Of a stretch of DNA of 64,000 bases, positions 19,635 through 29,460 are shown piece after piece; position 1 is the stretch's first letter, and each line of letters starts with the position of its first letter. Source of the DNA: an uncultured Dehalococcoidia bacterium. Lineage in GTDB: Bacteria > Chloroflexota > Dehalococcoidia > Lucifugimonadales > UBA1127. The DNA lies in contig CAZVDP010000011.1 in NCBI GenBank assembly GCA_964625945.1, positions 112 through 64,111 of the forward strand. Reading direction: 5' to 3'. Under the pieces are notes generated by a model. That model was given only the letters and a program-made list of their open reading frames with translations, did no database searches and was not told the DNA's origin. Position numbers and translations under genes: made by a program.

Positions 19635-21119
19635 ATGAACGACCCCGTGCGTGTCCGGTATGCGCCAAGCCCCACCGGAGAACCCCATCTCGGCAACATT
19701 CGAACCGCACTGTTCAATTGGCTATTCGCTCGCCACCACGGTGGGAGGTTTATCGTAAGGATTGAAGACACCGATCAACAGCGTTATATCCCACAAGCTA
19801 TACCTGCTATCTTAGATGCGTTGACCTGGCTTGGGCTGACGTGGGACGAGGGCCCTAACCCAGATTCCGCGGAAGATATCGGACCTTTCGCCCCATATAC
19901 TCAATCGGCACGACTAGAGCACTATCATCAGATTGCAACGGGACTCCTATCAAGGGGCCTCGCTTATCGGTGCTACTGCACACCTGAGCGACTGGCACAA
20001 ATGCGCGAGGAACAGCGCACAGGTGGCCTGGAAGTCGGGTATGACCTCCGCTGCAGAACCTTGTCTGATAAAGAACTCCGGCATCTGAGCCAAGCCTCTG
20101 TGAGCCATGTAATTCGGTTTAAGGTGCCTTCAACCGGGATAACAACGGTGAACGACCTAATCCGCGGCCACGTGGCATGGGAGAACAAGCTCTTAGACGA
20201 CTTCGTTATCCTAAAATCCGATGGGTTTCCAACGTATCATTTAGGCGTCGTCACAGACGATCATCTCATGAAAATCTCCCATGTGCTACGCGCTGAAGAA
20301 TGGCTTCCATCAACGCCGAAACACCTTCTGCTATATGCCGCCATGGACTGGACTCCTCCACATTTCGGACACCTTCCAATGCTCTTAGGCCCGGATAGAA
20401 GCAAGCTTTCCAAGCGACATGGGGCAACATCGACGCTGGCCTACCGCGAACTGGGATTTTTACCAGAAGCGACCTTAAACTTCCTCGCTCTCCTCGGTTG
20501 GTCACTTGACGATCAAAGTGAAGTGATAACCCGAGAGACCATTGTTTCAATGTTTTCCTTAGAGCGAGTGAATCGTTCTCCAGCAATTTTCAACATCGAT
20601 AAACTCTCTTGGATGAATGGAATCTACATACGCAAATTATCTATAGGCGGGCTGGCCGACAGATTGCTGCCGTTTCTGGAGCAACCTGAAGCGGATGGTG
20701 GACTCCCTGACAAAATTCGACGCCCAATTGATCGGGATTACCTCATGTTAATTACACCACTGATCCAAGAGCGTCTCAAAACTCTGGCCGAGGGCCCACT
20801 ATGGGTCTCCTTCTTCCTCGAAGATGAAGTGAATCACGACCCAGCCATATTAGTCCAAAAGGGAATGGACCTGAACCATACTAAAAAGATCCTAGAAACC
20901 ACCCTGATCCGCTTAGAGGCCTTGTCAAGCTGGGACCCCTTTGTTCTAGAGGACACCCTGCGATCGCTAGCCGACGAACTAGGTTTGAAGCCTGGGATAC
21001 TGTTTGGTGCACTCCGAGCAGCAGTGACGGGACGGATCGCAACGCCTCCATTATTTCAAACACTGAGTGTCCTAGGACGCGATCGTTCTCTAGATCGTCT
21101 GAAGGCGGCAACTGTTTAA
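19635..21119 (+). CDS. gltX: glutamyl-tRNA synthetase
   Basis: RYAPSPTGEPHLGNIRTALFNW (HIGH-like) and KLSKRHG (KMSKS). Confidence 0.95.
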   Translation: MNDPVRVRYAPSPTGEPHLGNIRTALFNWLFARHHGGRFIVRIEDTDQQRYIPQAIPAILDALTWLGLTWDEGPNPDSAEDIGPFAPYTQSARLEHYHQIATGLLSRGLAYRCYCTPERLAQMREEQRTGGLEVGYDLRCRTLSDKELRHLSQASVSHVIRFKVPSTGITTVNDLIRGHVAWENKLLDDFVILKSDGFPTYHLGVVTDDHLMKISHVLRAEEWLPSTPKHLLLYAAMDWTPPHFGHLPMLLGPDRSKLSKRHGATSTLAYRELGFLPEATLNFLALLGWSLDDQSEVITRETIVSMFSLERVNRSPAIFNIDKLSWMNGIYIRKLSIGGLADRLLPFLEQPEADGGLPDKIRRPIDRDYLMLITPLIQERLKTLAEGPLWVSFFLEDEVNHDPAILVQKGMDLNHTKKILETTLIRLEALSSWDPFVLEDTLRSLADELGLKPGILFGALRAAVTGRIATPPLFQTLSVLGRDRSLDRLKAATV

Positions 21120-21164
21120 CTGCCGTCGGCATCCTTTCCCCATTGACAGTTTGACGATACCGCA

Positions 21165-21941
21165 TCAAATTAGTGATCGCGACTGACCACCATCAACTGT
21201 AATACTGGCCCCGGTAATCATGTTCGCAGATTCCGAACACAAGAACGCCACAGTCTCGCCCACTGGCTCAGGCCATCCAAAGCGCCCCATAGGAAGATTG
21301 CGATCAATGAATTGTTCTACAACTTCAGGAGTGTTATTCCGTGTGAAACGATCCCAACTCCCTCCTTGAAATCGAATCGATCCGGGTGCAATTGTATTCA
21401 CTAGAACGTTGTTCGGAGCGACTGTTAGGGCGATATTTTTGGAAAACGCAATCACTGAGGCCTTCGCCGCCATGTAAGAAGGCGCCCCCCCGTATTCACG
21501 ACCGAAGACCGAAGAAATGTTAACAATACGCCCCCATTTGCGATCAATCATCCCCGGCAACACCAAGCGAGTAGTGCGAACCGTAGACAGAAGATTTAGA
21601 GCTATTGTATCTATCCAATCTTGATCGGTAGCCGAATCAAACTCGCGACCGCCTACCGTACCTCCAACATTATTTACTAAGATATCTATCTCCCCTAGAT
21701 GAGACACCGCTTCGCTATATAGATCGCGACACCCGTCAGGCGTAGCAACATCTGCGAGTATACCTACACATTCATTATTAAATCCCCGTAATTCGGCGAC
21801 GGCTGAATCTAGTTCTTCTTTGCTACGCGCACATATCGCTACTTTGCAGCCTTCTCGCGCTAACGCCAGAGCCGATTGACGCCCTAACCCGCGGCTCCCT
21901 CCTGTCACGATCGCAATTCTTCCCGCAATACCTAAATCCAT
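21165..21941 (-). CDS. short-chain dehydrogenase/reductase (SDR) family oxidoreductase
   Basis: Track ORF 21165..21986. TGGSRGLG cofactor motif, NNVG, catalytic SYMAAKAS (YxxxK). ATG 21941 follows AGGAGAGG. Confidence 0.85.
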   Translation of the reverse strand: MDLGIAGRIAIVTGGSRGLGRQSALALAREGCKVAICARSKEELDSAVAELRGFNNECVGILADVATPDGCRDLYSEAVSHLGEIDILVNNVGGTVGGREFDSATDQDWIDTIALNLLSTVRTTRLVLPGMIDRKWGRIVNISSVFGREYGGAPSYMAAKASVIAFSKNIALTVAPNNVLVNTIAPGSIRFQGGSWDRFTRNNTPEVVEQFIDRNLPMGRFGWPEPVGETVAFLCSESANMITGASITVDGGQSRSLI

Positions 21942-22066
21942 TTTGCCTCTCCTACATTGAATCTCAGTTCGACATGCGAACAACAATCTGCTTAGGCGCT
22001 AATGACTGTGCTTTAGAACCTCATCGGCTTAGCCGTAATCATTAAGAAAGAAGATAAGCTACTTTA

Positions 22067-22142
22067 TGGCGTCCCAGGCAGGATTCGAACCCGCGACCCG
22101 CTGCTTAGAAGGCAGCCGCTCTATCCACTGAGCTACTGGGAC
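22067..22142 (-). tRNA. tRNA-Arg (anticodon UCU), CCA encoded
   Basis: Hand-folded cloverleaf: acceptor GTCCCAG/CTGGGAC, D stem GCTC/GAGC, anticodon stem GCTGC/GCAGC with loop CTTCTAA, T arm GCGGG-TTCGAAT-CCTGC, discriminator G, CCA. Confidence 0.95.
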
Positions 22143-22167
22143 GTGCAAGGATTCTCACGAGTGAGAA

Positions 22168-22196
22168 TGATACCTACCCCCTCGTCGGGGCGTCAA
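22168..22196 (-). promoter_or_regulatory. candidate promoter for tRNA-Arg
   Basis: Minus strand reads TTGACG (22196-22191), 17-nt spacer, TATCAT (22173-22168). About 25 nt upstream of the tRNA 5' end. Confidence 0.35.
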
Positions 22197-22248
22197 CACG
22201 GCGCCTAAAACCAATTCCCCTTAATCCCAGCAGGGGTGGCTCTAGGTA

Positions 22249-23244
22249 TTACTCGCAGCCTTGTTTTCCTAGTGCTTCAACCAGAGCTGCAGCGGTCCGC
22301 TCGGGATCATGTACCCACGGAGAATTCTTATCGGCTAAAGGACGCAGCGCAAGACAGCGGGTTAGCTCCATGCATATCGTTCGATCTACCTCCACTGCTG
22401 GACTACCAGCACAGGGATGATTAGAGCCAATCGGCGCAGGTAAGGCCTCAGCATCAGCAAGTACGACGTCAAACGGGTCCTTTGACCGTAGATATTCCAA
22501 AATTTTTAGGAGGAAATCAGAGAGCCGGTAACCTTCGGTTTCACCAGGCTTGATTACTAAGTTTCCTATGAACACTTTCTTGGCCTGACTTTCTGCAATT
22601 GCTTCAGCAATACCATTGACTAGTAAGTTAGGTAGCACGCTAGTAAAGAGATCCCCTGGACCAAGAACAACAGCATCAGCGGAACGAATAGCTTGAATTG
22701 CTCTTGGGTTAGCCGTCACAGTGGGCTGTAACATAATCCCTCTGAGGCCAACTGGGTTTGAACCTCTTTGGTCAATTGACGCTTCCCCTTCAAGCAAGCT
22801 ACCGTCGTCAAGGATCCCGACGAGGTGGGTACTCGCTAGGGTTACAGGAAGAATCGACGCATTAACCCCCAGCAGTTGCGCGGCGATGCCTATCCCAGCC
22901 TCCAAAGAACCAAACTTGTCTGTTAACGCGGCCAAAAGCAGATTTCCCAAGCTATGATTGCCTAAATCAGTATTGCCCTGAAAGCGATACTCCATCAGAT
23001 CGCGCAACGGCCCAACCTCGCGTTCAGGGTTCGACATAATCGTAAGACAGCGCCTTAGATCCCCCATGGCTGGAATACCAAATTCCTGACGTAAGCGCCC
23101 GGTACTCCCTCCACTATCCATTACAGTGACCACCGCAGTGAGATTGGGCGTGTATTCTTGCAAGCCCTTTAAGACGGCCGGACATCCAGTACCGCCTCCT
23201 ATCACTACGATGTGCGGAGCATTGTTTACTCTAGATGCGTTCAC
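22249..23244 (-). CDS. yvcK: YvcK/CofD-superfamily protein (gluconeogenesis factor-like, UPF0052)
   Basis: VVIGGGTGCPAVLKGL ... VVTVMDSGGSTGRLRQEFGIPAMGDLRRCL matches the YvcK-type pattern. Confidence 0.8.
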   Translation of the reverse strand: MNASRVNNAPHIVVIGGGTGCPAVLKGLQEYTPNLTAVVTVMDSGGSTGRLRQEFGIPAMGDLRRCLTIMSNPEREVGPLRDLMEYRFQGNTDLGNHSLGNLLLAALTDKFGSLEAGIGIAAQLLGVNASILPVTLASTHLVGILDDGSLLEGEASIDQRGSNPVGLRGIMLQPTVTANPRAIQAIRSADAVVLGPGDLFTSVLPNLLVNGIAEAIAESQAKKVFIGNLVIKPGETEGYRLSDFLLKILEYLRSKDPFDVVLADAEALPAPIGSNHPCAGSPAVEVDRTICMELTRCLALRPLADKNSPWVHDPERTAAALVEALGKQGCE

Positions 23245-23266
23245 AATGTTTAAACTACTTCCGTGG

Positions 23267-25057
23267 TCAATGTACGGTGACGCTCTTCGCTAAGTTCCTA
23301 GGACGATCAATGGGGCAACCCCGCTGTAGTGCACAGTAATAGGCTAAAATCTGCAAGGCAACCGACATTAAAAGAGGTGCAAGACGAGAGTCCGTTTGTG
23401 GCAGCAAGATCACTTGATCCGCAAGCGCGTCAACCTCTTGGTCTTGAGTATCAGTAATCACAACAATCGGCGATCCACGAGCTTTGACTTCTTTGATGGT
23501 GTTTAAGAGGCGCGTATAAGATCCCTCAGCGGATAACAGCACGATTACTGGTGTATCCGAGCCGAGAAGAGCGAAAGGCCCATGCTTTAACTCCCCAGCT
23601 GGATACGCTTCGGCATGGATGTACGCAATCTCCTTTAGTTTCAAAGCGCCTTCCATTGCAACGGGGATTTGAGATCCTTTCGCTATCAGGAAAGCACTTG
23701 CGTTAGGCGAAACGCGCTCCGCGGCGCGCATCAGTTCGCGATCAAGGGCTATTACTTCTTCAAGTTTTCTAGGAATCAGGCTGAGCTGTTCTATGAGTGG
23801 CCCTAAACCGTCGGAATCCGGTGGATATAGCTCTAGCCCTAGTAGTACAAGTGTAGTCAATTGGGCAAGAAAGGTTTTTGATGCGGCGACGCTGATCTCT
23901 GATCCTGCTTGTGTCTCTTCAATCCGATCCACGACTCTTGCAAGGCTACTCTGCGGATTATTAGTCACGGCGATAGTAGAATAACCCGCCTCGTGGGCGA
24001 GACGTGCTAACTCTATAGTATCAGCTGTCTCCCCAGATTGAGAAACAAGAATAGCCCAACGGTTTTCACCAGGGGATTCTCTAGGCTTGACTTCAGAAGC
24101 GATAGCCGAGAAAGCGCGAGGAGCCCCTAGGAGCGAGAAGAATCCGGCACCAAACTGCGCTGCATGAAACGCTGTGCCACAGCCAGCAAACAGTAGACTG
24201 TCAACAGGTTTGCCAGCAATGCTGACTGATCTGGACGCAAATTCTTCCCCCTGCTTGACACGGTCCGCGAGGATAGCCCTGACAATTCGCGGCTGTTCGT
24301 GGATTTCTTTCAAGAAATAGTGGTCGTATATCCCTTTATCCAGATCTCCGGCACTCCAAGTAACACGGTGAACCTTCCGTGAGGCCGGAATCTCGTTGTG
24401 CCAAACATTGACTTCTTGGCTTGATACTGTAGCAAGATCTCCATCCTCAAGATACGCGACCTTTTTGGTTAGGCCAAGTAGAGCAGGGACATCTGAAGCA
24501 ATGACATTCTCTCCATTTCCCAAGCCAATTACTACAGGGCTTTCACGGCGTGCTGTCACCAAAACCTCACTGTCACTGCTAATCACAAGTAACGCATAAG
24601 TCCCTTCCATCTGTTTAAGTGCCTTCGCGACGGCTGCTGGAAGATCGCCATCATGATATTTTTCAATTAGGTGTGCGACCACTTCGCTATCGGTCTCTGA
24701 AGAGAACTCGTGCCCCTCATCCCGCATCTGTTCCCGTAGATGAAAGTAATTCGAAATGTCACCGTTATGAACGATTGCGATTTTGCCGCTGCAATCGACG
24801 TGGGGATGGGCATTCATGATAGAGGGATTTCCAACTGTGGCCCAGCGCGTGTGTCCAATACCCTGAACTCCATCCATCTTCGGGACCTTCGGGTCAAGGC
24901 GCTCAACGAACCCGGCGGTCTTGAAAACTTCCAGTCCGTTGCGGGTTTTGATCGCTATCCCACAAGAATCGTACCCGCGGTACTCGACGCGTCGAAGTCC
25001 ATCCAGTAGCAATCCTCTCGCGTCCCTTGAACCTACATAGCCTACAATTCCGCACAT
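23267..25057 (-). CDS. glmS: glutamine--fructose-6-phosphate aminotransferase
   Basis: N-terminal MCGIVGYVG (Ntn Cys), two SIS domains, C-terminal PRNLAKSVTV. Confidence 0.97.
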   Translation of the reverse strand: MCGIVGYVGSRDARGLLLDGLRRVEYRGYDSCGIAIKTRNGLEVFKTAGFVERLDPKVPKMDGVQGIGHTRWATVGNPSIMNAHPHVDCSGKIAIVHNGDISNYFHLREQMRDEGHEFSSETDSEVVAHLIEKYHDGDLPAAVAKALKQMEGTYALLVISSDSEVLVTARRESPVVIGLGNGENVIASDVPALLGLTKKVAYLEDGDLATVSSQEVNVWHNEIPASRKVHRVTWSAGDLDKGIYDHYFLKEIHEQPRIVRAILADRVKQGEEFASRSVSIAGKPVDSLLFAGCGTAFHAAQFGAGFFSLLGAPRAFSAIASEVKPRESPGENRWAILVSQSGETADTIELARLAHEAGYSTIAVTNNPQSSLARVVDRIEETQAGSEISVAASKTFLAQLTTLVLLGLELYPPDSDGLGPLIEQLSLIPRKLEEVIALDRELMRAAERVSPNASAFLIAKGSQIPVAMEGALKLKEIAYIHAEAYPAGELKHGPFALLGSDTPVIVLLSAEGSYTRLLNTIKEVKARGSPIVVITDTQDQEVDALADQVILLPQTDSRLAPLLMSVALQILAYYCALQRGCPIDRPRNLAKSVTVH

Positions 25058-25468
25058 ACGACCGTCAGCATCCTCATATTTTCTTCCGAGGCGTTATTCT
25101 TGATTAGCACTTGCTCTTTATAAAACCGGCCCGGCCGCACCAATTCAGTACAGGGAACCGGGTTAGCTCATCGCCTACAACTCTCTATTTCGGTTTGGAT
25201 AACTTCCTGTGAGTCATTCATAGGCTAATACTAGTGTATCACCACAGACCCCCGATCTTCACAACAATGTGCTTCAGATGCAGCTTTGTAAGCTTGTTTT
25301 GGATTTCCGGTTTATCCAAGTCGGAGATCAGGTCCGCTGAAAACTGAAGAAGCCAACCGTTATCGATGGCCGGAATTGTGTCGACGCGCAAGACGCAATC
25401 CGCTCCGGCCTGTCATACGACGAAACGGGCACTGAGCCTTCACTAGGACCAGTGCAAGTGCTCCATGA

Positions 25469-26272
25469 TCAGGCGGCGGTCCTAGCGCTTTCCTCACTTG
25501 CGAACCATCTGAAAAAGATGATCGCTAATACCGCTATAAGGACGATGCCCGACGCACTCTTCATAATGAGTCCGCCTATCTGCTGATCAGTCAAAACAGA
25601 AATACCCCAAATTCCAGTTCCTTTAGCGTAAAAGCTGTAAAGTGGCTCACCGGCAAAGGTGATGATTGCACCAAGGAACCCCATTGGGATGGACTGTGCA
25701 AATAGATACAACATTTGTACAGAAGGATGCGGTCGGGGCAACTGTTCCAGCGACCCTAAAAGCGGCCACCACGCGATGAGTCCAACAATCATGAAGCTGA
25801 CGTGCTGTGAGATATGCACGTTGTGGTTCTCAAGGGCCAGATCGTACAAAGGGGGGAGGTGCCAACCCACTAAGGCGACATTGAATAGAATGAAAGCTCC
25901 GAGAGGATGTACACATATCCTCAAAACTCTCATCATCCCCTTGTGCTTCAGGGCCGGCCATAAAAGTGCACCCGGAGCACCAAGCAGGATCAGTGGCGGC
26001 ATCACAAACTGGAGCATGAGATGTTGAATCATATGCGCACTGAACAGATAGCCCTCAGCCAGGTCATGTAGCGGCCCTTGTACGGCTAAAAACACCGTTG
26101 TGAAGCCCATAAATGTCATCACGAGACGCCACGGTTCGACAGGCAACTTCCGAGATTGGCGCCACAGTCGCGCAAGCCCGTAGAGGTAAGCAGAGGCCAA
26201 CATTAGCAGCCCGACTATTACGCTAGGATGAAGCTCCCAATTCGTCCAAGAGAAACTGTTCGGGAACACCAA
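25469..26272 (-). CDS. ctaG: caa3-type cytochrome c oxidase assembly factor CtaG (membrane)
   Basis: Polytopic membrane protein with FSAHMIQHLMLQFVMPPLILLGAP, characteristic of the Caa3_CtaG family. Last gene of the cox operon. Confidence 0.75.
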   Translation of the reverse strand: MVFPNSFSWTNWELHPSVIVGLLMLASAYLYGLARLWRQSRKLPVEPWRLVMTFMGFTTVFLAVQGPLHDLAEGYLFSAHMIQHLMLQFVMPPLILLGAPGALLWPALKHKGMMRVLRICVHPLGAFILFNVALVGWHLPPLYDLALENHNVHISQHVSFMIVGLIAWWPLLGSLEQLPRPHPSVQMLYLFAQSIPMGFLGAIITFAGEPLYSFYAKGTGIWGISVLTDQQIGGLIMKSASGIVLIAVLAIIFFRWFASEESARTAA

Positions 26273-26307
26273 AATAGCCCAGGCCTTCCATACTACACAT
26301 TAGCAAT

Positions 26308-26598
26308 CTAACTGAGCAGGCTGAACAATCCCAATAAAGCCAGCATGACAAACGCTGCCAGAAAGAGACAACCTACAAAAAACCATGAGAGTAAGCGATG
26401 GTCAAATTTCAAATGCATGTAGAACATCACAACCAGCGCGAACTTAGCAGCCGATAGAATCATAAAGATCGGGAACAGAAGCGCACTCAGCGCGTCGACA
26501 TACAAGATCGCCACTTCTACAACAGTAACCGCAGCAAGAATACTTGCGACTTTCAGATAGGTCAGTGGGGTAGGATGCCCTGTACCACTCTTTCCCAT
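26308..26598 (-). CDS. prokaryotic cytochrome c oxidase subunit IV
   Basis: 96 aa, 3 TM helices, N-terminus HPTPLTYLKVASILAAVTVVEV typical of COX4_pro. Position within the cox operon. Confidence 0.65.
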   Translation of the reverse strand: MGKSGTGHPTPLTYLKVASILAAVTVVEVAILYVDALSALLFPIFMILSAAKFALVVMFYMHLKFDHRLLSWFFVGCLFLAAFVMLALLGLFSLLS

Positions 26599-26647
26599 GT
26601 CATTTCCTTGAACGGAATTTAGGTCGCCTCTCTAGGCCTCAACCTAG

Positions 26648-26860
26648 TTATACATCATCCTTGACCATACGGATCGCTAAGAAAGCTATAGCTGGTACCA
26701 GCAGGACAAGCGCTACGCCGACAATCACTGCTCCCCATTCACCGAGTCCTGTCTCGTTCAAAGCAATGAACAAGCCACCGATTCCCCCACCCCACAGGAC
26801 AACCAACACGATTGACGTAATAGGGAGAAAGAAGATTAAAGGTATGCGAAAGATACGCAT
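26648..26860 (-). CDS. small 2-TM membrane protein of unknown function within the cox operon
   Basis: 70 aa. The ATG lies 2 nt after the ctaE TAG (tagtaATG). Two hydrophobic helices. No family recognised. Confidence 0.4.
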   Translation of the reverse strand: MRIFRIPLIFFLPITSIVLVVLWGGGIGGLFIALNETGLGEWGAVIVGVALVLLVPAIAFLAIRMVKDDV

Positions 26861-26862
26861 TA

Positions 26863-27474
26863 CTAAGAAACTCCGATCAGATAGATAAGTGTGAAAATCA
26901 CGATCCAGACGATGTCGACGAAATGCCAGTAAAGCGCGGCCATATCGACATTTAGCGCGTGGTCTTTCGTCAGATCACGTTTGAATGAAATCCCAATGAG
27001 AGAGAGTAACCAGATCACGCCAATGGTCACGTGCGCCCCATGAAACCCCGTTAATGTGAAGAAGGTCGATCCAAAGAGATTGGTCCGGGGCGTTAGGTGG
27101 TAATGCTGCGAGAACTCATAGAACTCAAACACCTGAAATCCGAGGAATGTAGCCCCCAGAATCGCCGTCCCAAGTAGCCATATCCGAAACGCCTTAACGC
27201 GCCCATGGCTAATAGCGTTATACGCCAAGACCATCATGAAGCTGCTGATCAGCAACACGAAGGTGCTTGCCGAGGTGACTGGAATGCTGAAAACGTCCGT
27301 CGGGGTCGGACCTACAACGCTTTTCCCGGCGTAAATTAAGTACGTAACTATCAGGGAGCCAAAGAACATGCAATCCGAGGCTAGAAATAGCCAGACTAAC
27401 ATCTTCCGGTGGTCTATTCCGGTCGACGTCACTTCCTGATGGACACTTTCAGTCGCAGTCACCCGTTGCGCCAA
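26863..27474 (-). CDS. ctaE: cytochrome c oxidase subunit III
   Basis: 5-TM heme-copper oxidase subunit III pattern (FFTLTGFHGAHVTIG, YWHFVDIVW). TTG start after AAGGAGG. Confidence 0.9.
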   Translation of the reverse strand: MAQRVTATESVHQEVTSTGIDHRKMLVWLFLASDCMFFGSLIVTYLIYAGKSVVGPTPTDVFSIPVTSASTFVLLISSFMMVLAYNAISHGRVKAFRIWLLGTAILGATFLGFQVFEFYEFSQHYHLTPRTNLFGSTFFTLTGFHGAHVTIGVIWLLSLIGISFKRDLTKDHALNVDMAALYWHFVDIVWIVIFTLIYLIGVS

Positions 27475-27490
27475 CTAAGGCCTCCTTAAT

Positions 27491-29386
27491 TCACCCGTGT
27501 ACTTCATCGGCTGCGGGTTCAAGTGCCCACCCGTAAATACCAATGAGTGTCAGAGCCAAACCTAGCACGGATAGGATTGGCGCATGCCCGAATCCAAAGT
27601 CGTAGATAAATCCAAACGAACCTATAAATAAACCAACCGAAGCAACTAGAGGATAGTAAGAAAGCCCGGGAAGATGGATGCCACGCTTGTGGGCTCCCTC
27701 AGGACCATACGATTCGCCCTTCCCGTCCTCGTTCTGAAGGGAGGCCCCTGTTCCCTGCACCGTCGCGGAACCCTCTGGGTATTTCTGTTCCCAAAACGCG
27801 TCTCTGCTATGAACCTGTGGGATCTCTACAAAGTTATAAATCGGCGGGGGTGATGGTATCGACCATTCCAGGGTCCGGCCGTCCCACGGGTCATTGCCCG
27901 CAAGCTCACCTTTCCGAATACTGCGGAGCATATTGTGAAGAAAAACCAGCATTGAGAAGGCTATGAGAAAGGCACCCACGGTCGCCATCATATTGCCTAA
28001 CTCCCAGCCCATCCCCTCTTGGTAGGTATAGACCCGTCGTGGCATCCCATCGAGGCCCACGATGTGCATGGGGAAAAAGGTAATATTGAACGCGATCATA
28101 GTAGACCAGAAGTGCAGTTTCCCAAGCCCCTCATGCATTAAGCGTCCAGTAAACTTCGGGAACCAGTAGTATATGCCGGTGAATAGGGCGAAAATGCTTC
28201 CCCCAAAGAGCACATAGTGAATGTGGGCGACAATAAAATACGTGTCTTGCTGCTGGGCGTCGCTTGGAGCGATAGAGTGCATCACGCCGCTCAAACCCCC
28301 AATGATAAACATCGAAATGAACCCGAGAGCGAATAGCATAGGTGTATTCAATTTTATTGACCCGCCCCACAAAGTCGCCATCCAGTTGAAAATCTTGACC
28401 CCTGTGGGGATCGCTATACTCATCGTGGTGAGTGTAAATATCGTATTTGCAACCGTACCTAAACCCACAGTAAACATGTGATGGCTCCATACCATCCAAC
28501 CCATGAATCCAATAACAAGCCCAGAGAAAACAACAACAGGGTACCCGAACAACGGCTTTCTGGAAAACGTAGGTAAAACCTCCGATACGATCCCCATCGC
28601 TGGCAATATCAGGATGTAGACTTCTGGGTGTCCAAAAACCCAGAACAAGTGTTGCCACAATACGGGACTTCCGCCAGCCTCGGGATTGAAAAAGTTCGTG
28701 CCATAAAACCGATCAAAGCCCAGCTCGATAAGGCCCACTGTGATAACCGGGAAAGCCGTAATTATAAGAAACATCGTAATCAAGCTCATCCATATGAAGA
28801 CTGGCATCCGCATCAGACTCATGCCTGGCGCCCGCATGTTGACGATCGTAACGATGAAGTTCAATGCCGCTGCAGTTGATGAGACCCCAAGCACAGCAAG
28901 GCCCAAGACATAGAAATCCATCCCTTGGTCCGGCGAGAATGTCGTACTGGTCAGGTTCGCATAAGCAAACCACCCTGCCGCAGGCGACGAGCCAGCGAGC
29001 CAACCCCAGTTCAGGAGCAGGCCGCCACCCAGAAAAGTCCAGTAACTAAATGCGTTAAGACGGGGGAAGGCCACGTCCCGTGCCCCGATCATCAATGGGA
29101 TCACAAAGTTGAAGAAAGCTGCTCCTAGTGGCATCACGCCCAGGAAGATCATTGTGAGAGCGTGCATCGTGAAGAGTTGATTGTAGAGATGGGGCTCAAT
29201 TAGTGCCTGCTCAGGCTGCGCGAGCTGGAGGCGCATGATCAGTGCCTCTACACCCCCGATAAGGAAAAACACAAGTGCTGTGGCGCCATAGAGGATCCCT
29301 ATCCGCTTGTGATCCACCGTGGTAAGCCAACCCCATATGCCTCGATAGCCCGTCGGGCGTGCGAACGCGCCAGCTAAGGTCACCAT
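27491..29386 (-). CDS. ctaD: cytochrome c oxidase subunit I (with a 2-TM C-terminal extension)
   Basis: WFFGHPEVYILILP-type motif (VFGHPEVYILILP), WSHHMF, AHIHYVLFGG. RBS GGAGGA. Confidence 0.97.
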   Translation of the reverse strand: MVTLAGAFARPTGYRGIWGWLTTVDHKRIGILYGATALVFFLIGGVEALIMRLQLAQPEQALIEPHLYNQLFTMHALTMIFLGVMPLGAAFFNFVIPLMIGARDVAFPRLNAFSYWTFLGGGLLLNWGWLAGSSPAAGWFAYANLTSTTFSPDQGMDFYVLGLAVLGVSSTAAALNFIVTIVNMRAPGMSLMRMPVFIWMSLITMFLIITAFPVITVGLIELGFDRFYGTNFFNPEAGGSPVLWQHLFWVFGHPEVYILILPAMGIVSEVLPTFSRKPLFGYPVVVFSGLVIGFMGWMVWSHHMFTVGLGTVANTIFTLTTMSIAIPTGVKIFNWMATLWGGSIKLNTPMLFALGFISMFIIGGLSGVMHSIAPSDAQQQDTYFIVAHIHYVLFGGSIFALFTGIYYWFPKFTGRLMHEGLGKLHFWSTMIAFNITFFPMHIVGLDGMPRRVYTYQEGMGWELGNMMATVGAFLIAFSMLVFLHNMLRSIRKGELAGNDPWDGRTLEWSIPSPPPIYNFVEIPQVHSRDAFWEQKYPEGSATVQGTGASLQNEDGKGESYGPEGAHKRGIHLPGLSYYPLVASVGLFIGSFGFIYDFGFGHAPILSVLGLALTLIGIYGWALEPAADEVHG

Positions 29387-29460
29387 GAGATTCCTCCAGT
29401 GAGTCTCTCTCCAAAAACGTTCATCTTCTAATGCTTCTCGTTTCCGATCGTAGTGATGAC

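Noticed and set aside
25328-25353. SRP (4.5S) RNA-like motif on the plus strand: UCAGGUCCG...GAAGAAGCC resembles the helix-8 sequence CAGGUCCGGAAGGAAGCAGCC
   Set aside because: The GNRA tetraloop and the symmetric/asymmetric loop arrangement are not reproduced, because an extra CUGAAAACU insert breaks the helix. There is also no long closing helix.
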